Assembly: GCA_951406725.2 (NCBI GenBank)
Contig: OX597815.1
Location: forward strand, 85,064,001-85,128,000
Direction: 5' to 3'
Source: Octopus vulgaris
Taxonomy: Eukaryota
DNA length: 64,000 nt
The translations under genes and the position numbers were made by a program. How positions within the stretch are numbered: the first letter of the stretch is position 1; each line of letters begins with the position of its first letter. The notes beneath the pieces are model-generated. The model had not been told where the DNA came from. It did not search any database and saw only the letters and a program-made list of their open reading frames with translations. Below, in pieces: positions 12,961-25,264 of the stretch.

Positions 12961-13812
12961 GGAAAGATGGCTCATCTAGAAAAGCAGTTTAGACCCTGCT
13001 ACGTGTCTAAATTCAAGAACTGAACTTTTTGGTTCATGTCCATATATGGCTAAATATTTGTTACATTTTTGGTCCCCACAAGATCACAGACAGAACCTGC
13101 TTTTTATACTGTGTCCATATACAAGCATTTCATTTCTTACATATATGTTTTTATATTTTTACATATTTTTATAAATATTTTTTCTATATTTTTTGCTTTA
13201 TATATTTTTTCTGTACATTACATTTCACCCTTGCATATTTGTGCATGTACATATAGAGACATGTATATGAACATAATTGTGCGTGTATGGGTATATACAC
13301 ATGTGGGTATGTATGTGTGTATGTTTACATATGTATAGATGCATACATATATATATGTGTGTGGGTGTGCATGTATGTGTTTGGCATGAGTGTGAGTGAG
13401 TATATGCATATATGCACATGCACGTGGGTGTGCACACATGTGTATGTATGTATGTATATGCACATATACACTGATTCTATGAGCGTGGTTTTACCTTCTT
13501 CCAGTAATTTTACCTTCCCCCTATTTGGGTAATCTCCCTTTATTTAACGGTCATCCAAAACTCTGAGTTTTATTATGGCAATTGAATAATTGTCTCATAT
13601 TATATTTACAGATAAATTCCTCTATTTACATAGTATCGAGGTCTCATTCATTCTTTTGTTGTCATACAATTACTATTAATATATATATATATATAGGACT
13701 TCACTACCTCATATGTTCTTAAAATTTAAATCCACTTCTTTGTCTGTATATCTACCTTCTCTATAATGTTGCCACTTGATTTGAAAATTTTTGTATTAAT
13801 GGAAAACCTCTA

Positions 13813-13905
13813 TAATTGGCTGATGAGTACTCAGCATCTTAAATCTGTTGTAATACTTACAACATTTAATAAAATGATGTAGTATGAAACGATCGTACCA
13901 AATTA
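13813..13905 (+). ncRNA. Type-I hammerhead ribozyme motif in a PLE 3' stub (13697-14031, between TA tracts)
   Basis: TAATTGG-CTGATGA-GTACT[long hairpin]AGTAT-GAAA-CGATCG-TA-CCAAATTA. Confidence 0.8.
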
Positions 13906-14699
13906 CCGGAGTCATTCTTGTTGCTTATTTTGATTATAATCACCCCACGGATTTTTATGGATAACACCATACAAAATTCTGGTGCATCTAAATTAAGAAC
14001 CATATTCATTTAAATCTAAATTTTTGCTGAACTATATATATATATATGGACATGTACATAATGTGTGTATATACATATATGTGTGTAGATAATGTGTAGG
14101 CATGGAAGGAGGGACTAAATTATTTATTCATTTGATAACATGCACATATACATATACATACACACATATATGTATATACACACATTATCACTCTTGCTCT
14201 CCTTTTCTCTATTTCCCTCTCATGCATGCACATAATTCATTCCACACTTCTTTCATACAATCACGCATACACTTTTCTCTCTTTCTCTCTCACACAGTCC
14301 TCCTTTCCCTCTCCTTCTTCCTCTCTCACATCTAAAAGTGTAAAAGAGAAAAAGCAATAGTATGACATTTGTGCCATTAATTTATAAGCTAGTAGATAAC
14401 TTTGAAGTGTATCTACACAATATATATTTGTAAATAGATAGTGTTGTGCTGTGTCTTTATAATATATACCCAAAAGCAAGTAGCCAGTCTTGAAATGTTA
14501 TTACATAGTATATATTTGTAAACAGATAAATAGTCTTGAGCTTTGTCAACATAATATATATTAGTAAGCAAGTAGATATTCTTGAGTAGCCTAGCATTCA
14601 AAGTAGAGAGGCAGTGTTGTACTGCCTGAAGCCACCCTTCTGTTAGGTCTTTGATCCCACACTGATACTAGTTCTTGTCCTTTGAGGAGGAGAAATCCT

Positions 14700-15345
14700 T
14701 CACTGAAGCTTCCATCTACTCTTGATTGATGAAGCACAAAAAGTGAGCACAGAAAGTGATTGCAGAAAGTGAGCCATGGTTCAGAATGAGAAGGAAATTT
14801 TTTTTTTCATTTTTTTTTTGCAATCTTAATATGCATAAGCAGTGGTTATGCAAGAGCCAGCTTCTGGAACATGTCGTCAAACAGGGGTGTTTCGAACACA
14901 GGTAACACTCTGCATCTGGTGGAGTTATGAGTTCATTACAGATGATCAATCCATCAATGCCAACTTGTGCTCCAAACAGCAGCTGCATTTTTTTTTTGCA
15001 ATCTTAATATGCATAAGCAGTGGTTATGCAAGAGCCAGCTTCTGGAACATGTCGTCAAACAGGGGTGTTTCGAACACAGGTAACACTCTGCATCTGGTGG
15101 AGTTATGAGTTCATTACAGATGATCAATCCATCAATGCCAACTTGTGCTCCAAACAGCAGCTGCAGATGATGCCATTGCAAAGCAAAATACCTGGTATTG
15201 GTTGACAGAAAGCAAATACTTCAGTAAGACAATGCAAGATCTCATACTGCTTGAACAACCTGGAGTAAACTCTAAGAACTAGAAGGAATCAAAATGATGC
15301 CACACCTAGCATATATCCTGCACCAAGCTCCCTCAGATTATTACT
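14700..15345 (+). pseudogene. Mariner transposase relic containing a perfect 178-bp tandem duplication (about 14810-15166)
   Basis: VTLCIWW..YEF...SINANL..QQL resembles the mariner catalytic region; identical ORF starts at 14842 and 15020. Confidence 0.6.
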
Positions 15346-15364
15346 TGTTCTAGTCCATGGCTCA

Positions 15365-15745
15365 CTGGGAGTTCTTTGCTTAGAAAATAAAATTCCAGGC
15401 ATGGAAGTAAAACCTGGATTCAAAGGGCCTTAAAGTTAACCTAGCAAAGACCAAAGTTGTAGTGAGCAAGAAAATAGACAGGATTCTCTTCTTGTCAGTT
15501 AAATGGCCCTGCCCAATATATAAAAAAGGTGTAGGCAGGAATTCCATGTGGTGTATCTAGTGCAAGGTCTTGATATACAAGAGGTGCAGTGGAATTATAG
15601 GAAGATTCACAAAGGAAGTAGTTTTTGTATGTGAGGAGCGATAAACCCAAGGACACATGGAAAATAGTATTTTCTCAAATGCTCAAGAGGTTCACTAGAG
15701 ATGTTAGATAGTTTTTGTTACCTAGATGATCTAACTAGCAGCAGA
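15365..15745 (+). pseudogene. RTE LINE fragment (post-RT region with Cys-rich finger)
   Basis: KGLKVNLAKTKVVVS..KWPCPI..KGVGRNS..LEMLDSFCYLDD. Confidence 0.75.
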
Positions 15746-17684
15746 AGATGATATTACACTTACATCACCAAAATATATTTTCAGAATTTACCATATAAAA
15801 ATGACATTTGAAAACATCATGTTTCTTTTGCTGTTCAGTGTATATTTCGGACACATTTTTTTAAGGGTGAGATATAAACTATACTAATATTAATAGCTCA
15901 GTACATTTCCAGGACATATCTTACTGACACTCCACACTCAAATACTGTGAACTATTAATTGCTCTACAAGCTTAACTTTGAAGTCAAATCCCCAATGAAG
16001 CTATTGCTGATAGATGTTTGTCATAAAAAGAAAAACAAGTGAAGGATAGATGCAGCAATATCAAAATTTGAACTGAGAATGTTGAGGGAAGAAATTAAAA
16101 ACTATAAGGAATTTTGCCTGACATTGTAATGTTTCTGCTATCCTAGTTACTCTTTTTTTCAAATAATAATGATTTGGTTTCATTTGGTCTACAGCTCCAT
16201 ATTCAGAAGAAACAACATTGAATGTTATATGGTTTCATGTTATACAAAAGGGCAATGCAGAAGAACTTTATTCAGGAATCCAAACTATATTACATATATT
16301 TTTTTATTTCCTTTCTGCAAGATTTCATCACAGAAATGCACTTAATCAGAAGTGACTGTGTGGTAAGTAGCTTGCTTACCAACTACATGGTTCTGGGTTC
16401 AGTCCCACTGTGTGGGCACCTTGGGTAAGCATCTTCTACTATAGCCTCAGGCCGACAAAGCCTTGTGAGTGGATTTGGTAGACGGAAACTGAAAGAAGCC
16501 TGACATAAATAAGTTGACATAATATAATGTCTAAAAGTTGATGAACCACTTATGGATCCCCTCCATTTTCTTATTGCTTTCTCTCTCTCTCTCTCTCTCT
16601 CTCTGTATATATATGTATGTATGTGTGTGTGTATGTTTGTGTGTCTGTGTTTGTCCCCGCCAACATCACTTGACAGCCAATACTGGTGTATTTACGACCC
16701 CCTAACTTAGCAGTTTGGCAAAAGAGACAGATAGAATAAGTACTAGGCTTTCAAAGAATAAGTCCTGGGATCGATTTGCTCAACTAAAAAGGTGGTGCTC
16801 CAGCATGGCCGCAGTCAAATGACTAAAACAAGTAGAAGAGTAAAAGAGTAAATCGAGAACTTTACCATTTCTACTATTCTCTCACCTACTTTTCACCTAT
16901 AAACTTTTGTGCCACAGATTTATAAGACATGATGAAAGAAACTATATAAAGCCCATTACTTTCTTAAAGGTATTTGAAGCAAAAATAAAATGAATTGACT
17001 TCAGTAATGTACTAAAACCAGTTTGTAAACTTAGTTTTCTAGAGGTATGCATACCTTTTACTGCCCTACAAAACTTATAATTGCTTATTGTGATATAAGT
17101 TGTGGCTGTTGTTGTTTAGCCCAATGTATAAATTCCTGATGAAGCAGACCTCTGATAAAAGTGTTTCCAGCTATGACCTGCCCACCTTTTATTCAGGTAC
17201 AACACAACTAAGACTACATTATTCAATGTATTCACTTTTTATTTTCATGCGGTTTAAATGATATTTGACTGCTACTTCTAAGAAGTCAAGCAGCTGTAGA
17301 GAGACTCTTATGTCGCGTCAGCTAATACAGATTTCCTACAAGACCAAATGTTTCAGGAAACAGGCAAATGTAAACAATATCATTAACCATATTAGATTTT
17401 TAGTACTGATTGGTAACTTCCGAACATAAAATACAGGAATAAGTGTTGTTGAAATTTGAATCTGACTGTTTGTTATCTCACTCATCTTTACCAACTCTTT
17501 GCAGTCAATCTTCCATTACATTTGACCACAGTTTTTGCAATAAAATGGATACATATGATTATATCAAGTTTAATATATTACAAATAATTATTTTATTAGC
17601 TTTTGAGAGATGAAGGACAAAGTCTACACTAGAAGAGTTTTAAGCTCAGAACATTGAAAGAATAGAGCATTTAGCTTTATGTTC

Positions 17685-17925
17685 CAGGTGCCATTGTAAG
17701 ATATGTTTTCATCCACCCCTAGATACCTGTAACAATCCTCATCAGATATAGGGAAAGCTGTCAGGTCATTGACGGAGATGTTGCTAGTCTGGTTTACTGT
17801 TTTCCTCCTTTCACAACTATGTAACAACATTTATCCAGACCAAACTCTAACTCTACATCCTTTGAGAATGTTATAACCAAGTCAAGGCTCTTTTTCATAT
17901 TGTGCATATTCTTTGCATAAAATTG
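17685..17925 (-). pseudogene. R4/Dong-type RT fragment
   Basis: FYAKN..LDLVITFSKDVELEFGLDKC..GK..CYRYLGVDE. Confidence 0.75.
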
Positions 17926-18281
17926 TAATGTTAGTATCAGTCCATGAGTCCACTGCTGAGATGCTTCCAAAAAAAAAATAAAAGAAGAAAAGCAGTTGGA
18001 AAACCGATTATAGCAGCGACTCCATCTAAGAATATCTGAAGAAGGAATTTTATTCCGAAATATCATCAGACTATGGATGACTAAACAGGTATACAGCCCA
18101 TTGTTTGTATTATAGTGCATTGTTGTACCATTCAAAACTTTTTATTCTTTACAGTCCAAATATGTTTAATGCACGTTCAAACTGGGGAACAAGCTGCTCA
18201 CTGTGGTTTGTCATGGAGGATATATCTTGGTTGTTGACAAATGGTGTGTACTAGATCAACTCACAGTGCCATCTATCTAGA

Positions 18282-18329
18282 CTGTGAGATGCTAGCATTT
18301 CAGAGTTGTTATCTCCTCATCAGACACAG
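18282..18329 (-). ncRNA. Compact type-I hammerhead ribozyme motif
   Basis: Minus strand: CTGTGT-CTGATGA-GGAG ataacaa CTCT-GAAA-TGCTAGCA-TC-TCACAG. Confidence 0.75.
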
Positions 18330-18988
18330 ACACTAAGCAGCCAACACTACAAGCTAAATTAAGAGATTACCTCTCATATGCTTTTCCAGTCACAAAACAA
18401 TGACTAGTAGCACTATACGATGGTTCACCATATGTAAATTATGGAGGGGGAGTGCTAAGCAGTGATAAGTAAAATTGCAATACTGTTATCAGTTCAAATA
18501 TGCTTGATGCACATTCAAACTGCTCACTGCATTTTGTTACAGAGAATTTATCTTGCCTGTTGACAAATGGTGTGTATACATTTCGTTCATGTCGAATTTT
18601 ATCCCTAATTTTGTGGTTATAGAACCTAGCTGTTCTTTCTAGCGTGTTGAATCCCACAAGTGGATTCCTTATGTGTTTAAATGTACACTGTATTTTATGA
18701 CTAATACATAGTCTTTGGACTAAACTTTTACATGTTAGGCCACTGGAAATGAAAATTTTAATTAATTTCCATTTCCCTTTGATATGATATATATATATAC
18801 ATATGTATGTATGTATAGTATATGATAATATAATTTGAGTGATAATTGTTTCATGGCAGTTATCGTAATAGCAAGTTTGCATGCAGAAAAAAATTTCTCG
18901 CTTCAACTACTCGCTTGACAATTAAATGTTCTAATTTCTTCAAATCATTGCTTAAATACATAATTTAAAAATAAAATCTTTTCAACAG

Positions 18989-19026
18989 GTGCAATAATAC
19001 TGTCTACTGGGCAGGAACGTTTCAAT
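18989..19026 (+). CDS. Candidate 38-nt internal exon of an unidentified host gene
   Basis: TCTTTTCAACAG acceptor and GTAAGA donor in non-repetitive sequence; two open frames (GAIILSTGQERFN or CNNTVYWAGTFQ). Confidence 0.4.
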
Positions 19027-19591
19027 GTAAGATCTTTACATTTTCTTTGTTTGTGAGTTTAGTCAGTGATAGTACAAAAGGCTGAATTATGTCAGTAGAC
19101 CACTTAATAATGAGCTAGGAGGTTGGCGGTCTGTATATTACTAATGGTGCTATATTATGTCTATGGCTAAGACACTTAGTTCTTGATACTTACCTACTTA
19201 GTAGATACTGCAGGTGTGCATATATCATTGCTATAACCAGTGACGTGGTATTGTAAGCAGTAGGAGCCAGCAGTGCTAAATTCAAGCTTTTCTGAGTGCC
19301 TTCCTGAGAAAGAATAGGCAACCATTCTAGCACATTCATTCCTTAGATTTGTAACAGAGTAATCTTACATTTATCTTTTACTTGTTTCAGTCATCAGACT
19401 GGGGCCAGGTTGGGGCACTGCTTTGAAAAATTCCACTTTTTAGTCAAATGAACTGACCCCAGTACTTATTGTTTGTTAAGCCTGGTACTTATTGTATAGG
19501 TCCCTTTTGCCGAACTGCTAAGTTATGGGGGTGTAAATACACCAACACCAGTTGTCAAGTAGTGAGTGGATGGGTGGGGGGACAAACATAG

Positions 19592-19626
<35 letters not shown>

Positions 19627-19899
19627 CACACACACAACAGGCTTCTTTCAGTTTCCATCGGCCAAATTCACCCACAGTCCAAGGCTATAGTAAAAGACAC
19701 TTGCCCAAGGTGCTATACAGTGGGACTAAACCTGGAATCATGTCATTGAGAAGCAAGTTTCTAACCACACAGTCATGCCTGCACAATACAGCAGATTTGT
19801 ATACATCTGCTTAACCTTAACACATACATCATCAACATATTCTTACTATTGTGGCCTTTGCAGGGTCTTTGGCAATAGTGAGATTAATAATATCATTAA

Positions 19900-20610
19900 T
19901 GTTTTGGCAGAATCATTAGCATGTCAGACAAAATGCTTGACAATATTTATTCTGTCTTTACATTCTGAGATCAAATTCCACTGAGGTTGACTTTGCATTT
20001 CATTCTTTCAGGATTGATGAAATAATTAACCAGTCAAATACTGAAGTTGATATAATCAACTAGCCCCATCCAACAAAATTTCAGGCCTTGTGCCTATAGT
20101 AAAAAAGGATTATTAATGTTCTGCTTAAGCTGTTGTTATAAATCAATAGTCGCAAGGGAAGCGAGCAGGCAGAATCTTTAGCATGCCAGGTGAAATGCTT
20201 AGCAGTATTTTGTCTGCCGTTATGCTCTGAGTTCAAATTCCACCGAAGTCAACTTTGCCTTTTATCCTTTCGGGGTTAATAAATTAAGTACCAGTTATGC
20301 ATTGGAGTCAATGTAATCAACTTAATCCCTTTGTCTGTCCTTGTTTGTCCCCTCTATGTTTAGCCCCACCTGTGGGCAATAAAGAAATAAAAATCGTTAG
20401 CATGCCGGGCAAAATGCTTAGGGGTATTTTGTCTACCATAATGTTCTGAGTTCAAATTCTGCTGAGGTCGACTTTGCTCTTCATCCCTTTGGGATCGATT
20501 AAATAAGTACTAGTTACACACTGGAGTCAATGTAATCGACTTAATCCCTTTGTCTGTCCTTATTTGTCCCCTTTGTGTTTAGCCCCACCTGTGGGCAATA
20601 AAGAAATGAA
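19900..20610 (+). mobile_element. Cluster of SINE family B copies (Deu/Nin-domain-like), including a tandem pair at 20160-20610
   Basis: GGCAGAATC.TTAGCATGCC..GAGTTCAAATTC..GGTCGACTTTGC.TTTCATCC..TAAGTACCAG. Confidence 0.75.
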
Positions 20611-21559
20611 TTTAAATCAATAGCAGCTGGTAAGATATGCACAGGGAAATACTTCTAGAGGGCAGATGTCCTATGAAGAAAGGAATGAACCTAGTGGTTA
20701 AGATGGGGCCGGGAAGCCATCAGACATAACAAAGATGATAAGAAGTGGGAGATGAAAGCACCTTGACTTGAGGTGGTGCAAGACTACCAGCTCCATTGTA
20801 GTAGATGCAGAATAGGCAAATAGAAGAGATAGCATATCTATGAGCCAGAGACTGAAATAATGCTTGTGAGTGATTTTGTACCAATTAGTTGAACGATCCA
20901 CTGTATGGCAGAATCACTTTTATACTGGCTGCACTGAAAAGATTGACAAACAATTACTAGTTTGGAGTATATAAAACCCAGTGTTTGAAGAAACTGGTGG
21001 TGGTCTGTCTTTTCTTTTATTCTTTTTCATGTTTCAGTCATTTGACTGTGGCCATAAAGGGATCAACCTCTGGACTTATTTTTTGTAAGCCTGGTACTTA
21101 TTCTATTGGTCTCTTTTGCCATACTACTAAGTTATGGGGACATAAACACATCAAGATCGATTGTCAAGCGATGTTGGGGGGAAAAAACACAGACACAAAC
21201 ACACAAATATATACATATATATAAATATATATACGACAGGCTTCTTTCAGTTTCCGTCTACCAAATCCACTCACAAGGCTTTGGTCAGCCCAAGGCTATA
21301 GTAGAAGAAACTTGCTCAAGGTGCCATGCAGTGGGACTGAACCAAAAACTATGTGGTTGGGAAGCAAGTTTCTTACCACACAGCCATACCTGCACCTGTG
21401 TTGGCAAAAATCATTCAATAAAATTGATAAATTTAGATAAGTTCATATTTTATGCAAGTTTGCAGGCTTATTTTATTTTTAAGTTTGATCTAAACACCAA
21501 TCACATCATCTTCAGTAATGTTAAAATTTCATGATTTAATATTGATGGTGTTATGTGAA

Positions 21560-21839
21560 TTGCTGGTGTCACATTAAAGAGCATCCATGCTGGTGCCATG
21601 TTTAAAGCTCCTTTGCTGGTGCCACATATGAAGCATCCATGCTGGTGCAATATATAAAACGTTGGTGCTGGTGCCATGTAAAAAGCACCCGGTGTACTCT
21701 GTATAGAGGTTGGCATTAGGAAGTACATCAACCATAGAAACCGTGCCAAGACTAACAATTGGAGCCTGGTGCAGCTCTCTGGCTTGCCAATTACTATCAA
21801 ACTGTCCAACGTATGCCACCATGGAAAATGGAATTTAAG

Positions 21840-21873
<34 letters not shown>

Positions 21874-22520
21874 AGTGAGGTGTTTTTTCACATGAAAATC
21901 TAGCAAGAAACATTTAAAAAACATTTTTTTACCTGTTTCAGTCATTTGACTGAGGCCATGCTGGAGCACCACCTTTAGTCAAACAAATCGACCCCAGGAC
22001 TTATTCTTTGTAAGCCTAGTACTTATCCTGTTGGTCTCTTTTGCCGAACTGCTAAGTTACAGGGATGTAAACGCCAACCACTCTGAGAGTGTAATGGGTG
22101 TTTTTACGTGCCGTTTGCATGACACCAGAATCTACCATGACTACAATTTCACTTGGCTTGAGGAGCCTTCTTCTCTTGGATGGCATAATGCCAAAGGTCT
22201 CAGTCATTTGTCATTGCCTCTTTGAGGCCCAACACTCAAAAGTTGCTTTTCATGTGCCACCAGCATTAGCTACCTTGACTCCGTGAGGCTCAACATACAA
22301 AAGGTGCTTTTTGCATGCCTACTGGTATGGATACCAGTTACATGACACCAGCATCAGCCACAACTACAATTTCTCTTGGCTTGATGGGTCCCCTCAAGCA
22401 CAGCATATTGCCAAAGGTCTCAGTCACTCATCATTGCCTCCATGAGGCCCAATGTTCAAAGATCATACTTCACCACCTTATCCCATATCTTCTTGGGTCT
22501 TAGAGATCAGCACTTCTTTT
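21560..22520. mobile_element. RTE tail (+, 21560-21870), SINE A tail (-, 21928-22070) and RTE 3' region (-, 22071-22520)
   Basis: Similarity to other copies in the window. Confidence 0.7.
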
Positions 22521-23914
22521 TATTAGTTTAAATTTGAATTTTGGTTTACGTTTCTAATTAACTTTTGATTTATATTTCATTTTTTTATTTGATTAGCAAG
22601 ATTCCTGATGTGAACTCATGTACTGAAACATGTTTTGTCGTATCTTAGGAGGATTATTATGCCATCTACATTCCATGTTAATCTTACTTTGCAAAATATT
22701 TTTTAAAAATTGTTCTATCTTCCCTTCAAAGTTAGTATATGAAGATTTATCAGTTTCATAAATCTGAAATTTTGAATCAGGAAACGAGTGGGAAGGAGGA
22801 ACAGAAAAAAAAAACCCAACTCTTTATTCCTCATCCATCAAAAGAAAAAAAAAAGAAAAAAAAGAACCATAAACACCCTACTGCAGACTTCCATTCTTGA
22901 AAGATTATGCATTGTTTTACATCTTCCTTTTCTTATCTCTTCCATTTATGCTAAATTTTCTTTCTAAACCATGTAAACATTAATATCTTAAGAACTTCTT
23001 TATACTATTCACACATCTTTTAAACAAGTACATGACTCATAGAAATCTCCTTTTATAAATAAAACCACCCACACTTTTTCACTTCTTTTCAATAAGTCAC
23101 TCCTTTTACCTCCTCTCTACAACTACCACAGACAGTAGGTGACAAGTCAAAAAGGTTGTCACTATATGGTCATTTGGTCAGCTAGAAATAATAGTAAAAT
23201 CTCTTTCATTACACTATACTCCTACTATCTTTAAAAAGAAATGAGATATGTAAGGCTAAGATAAAAGAAATTCAGAATTTACTATGTTTTGAACAAAGAT
23301 TGATCATGACTTGCACAATTTCGGTTATATATTCGCATAATATGTGATACACTGAGGTCATCGATAGTAACAGCAATAAATAGGTGGATGACCATCACGA
23401 GAACAGTAGGATTGTTAGCAGACACTTCAAATATGTGCAACATAAGTATGACAGTTTCCTAAATTCCTAGTAAATTAACCCAAAATGTTAAGAGCTTTCC
23501 ACATGCAATTATGATAGTTAAGAATTTACTGTAGAGTTCTCAGTAGAATATCAGTGTTGTCATCATCATCATTATCGTCGTCATCATCATGGTCATGGTC
23601 ATCATCATCATTGTCATCATCGTCGTTGTTGTCGTCTGACATTTATTTTCCATGCTGACATGGGTTAGCTGGTTTAACAGGATCCAGCAAGCTGCAGGGC
23701 TGTGTTGAGCTCCAACATCACCTTTAGCATGGTTTTTTGCTGCTAGCTGTCTTTCCTAACACCAACTGTTTTAGAACGAGTAAGTGTGTACTGGGAGCTG
23801 TTTTTGTGCCACTGGTACTAGGGATGTCACCAAGTAACTTGTAAAGCAGAAAAAAAAAGAACAGGAAAAAAGGCCTCATGATGTATGAATATTTATGTAT
23901 ATGTAAACTCACAC

Positions 23915-24112
23915 ATATTTATGGCCTAGGTAATTTGCATAATTTAAAAATGAGCCAAGAGAAATAACAGCAACAGCAACAAAACCATAAGAAAGCCATA
24001 GAGACAATAAATAGAGTGGCTGGTGGCATGTATATGAATAACATAGACAAATACCATACAATGTATCAAATACCATACAACATATTTTCGTGATTACCTA
24101 GGTCATAAATGT
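23915..24112. mobile_element. Small MITE
   Basis: TIRs ATTTATGGCCTAGGTAAT / ATTACCTAGGTCATAAAT; the internal motif recurs at about 29200-29240. Confidence 0.6.
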
Positions 24113-24393
24113 ATTCTACTCTTTTGTTATATGATTAAGTTCCTTGGCTATTGAAGATAGGATAGGACAATTGTCATGGTGATGATGTCTATTGAAGCAG
24201 AAACACATAAGCACACCTGCCAAGCAATAAGCCTGTCCTTTTCCTTAAAGGGCATGTTATATTTGAAGAATTCTTGATTCTTGGGATTATTTCCCTTTCT
24301 CATATGGAGCTGTTTTTAATTGCCATTTGGTAATTATAACACGTTTCTGGAGGCAGAGATAATTTTAATAAAATTTAACAAATCATATATATA

Positions 24394-25264
24394 CGAGGGG
24401 GTACCCAAAAGTAACCAGAAACATTCTCTGTAGGACAAAACTGTTGTAGTTCAGGCTTCCACTATTAGAAGGCACTTGACCCAATCCTCAGGCATCAGTC
24501 TGCTGACTGGCATTGCCAAGTGAGGTCATACTGCCGTGTGATGCATCTTTGTTTTGCAGTGCTTCTCCCCTGTTCATCAATTTTTGTGGTGGTTGAACTG
24601 AAGAAAGAGCGTGCTTCCATGAAATTCTGTTTTCTGGTAGGGAAAACAGCAGCCAAAACAGTTCTCATGCTTTAAGCAGCTTACAAGGTTGCTGCCATAA
24701 GCAAAACACAAGTTTATGAATGGTTACTTCTCGCTTGTGGACCAACCTCATTCAGGATGGCTGTTGACCTCCCAAACAAATGAAAACATCAAGAAAAGTT
24801 TTGGAGGACCATCACTGAACAATTAAGAAACTTTTTCATATGACTGGTATGTCCTGGAGCTCCTGCTAACAAATTTTGAGTGAGGAATTGCGAATGAAAA
24901 GAGTTGCAGCAAAATTTGTCTTGCTTGCTCATGGAAGATCAAAAGCAGTCATGACTGAATGTGTGTCATGAACTGGAAGTCAGCTGGAAGTTGATCCGGA
25001 CCTTTTTTCGAAGGTCATCACTGGTGCTGAAAGATTGGTGCTATGGAATTTGCAGATGTGGAAGAGGTGAAGAAAAAGACGATGGAGGCATTAAAAGGCA
25101 TCACTTTGCAAGAGTTCCAGCACTGCTTCGAATAGTGGAAATGTCTGGACCAATGTATTGCTTCAAATTGAGAATACTTTAAAGGTCATAAAAAGTGTAA
25201 ACATGTAAAACTAAGTGAATGAAATAGTATTGCAAAATTCAGGTTTCTTTTGGGTACCCCCTTG
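24394..25264 (+). mobile_element. Internally deleted mariner element
   Basis: TA TSD; TIRs CGAGGGGGTACCCAAAAG / CTTTTGGGTACCCCCTTG; relic ILSEELRMKRVAAKFV and ITGAE.WCYG. Confidence 0.85.
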
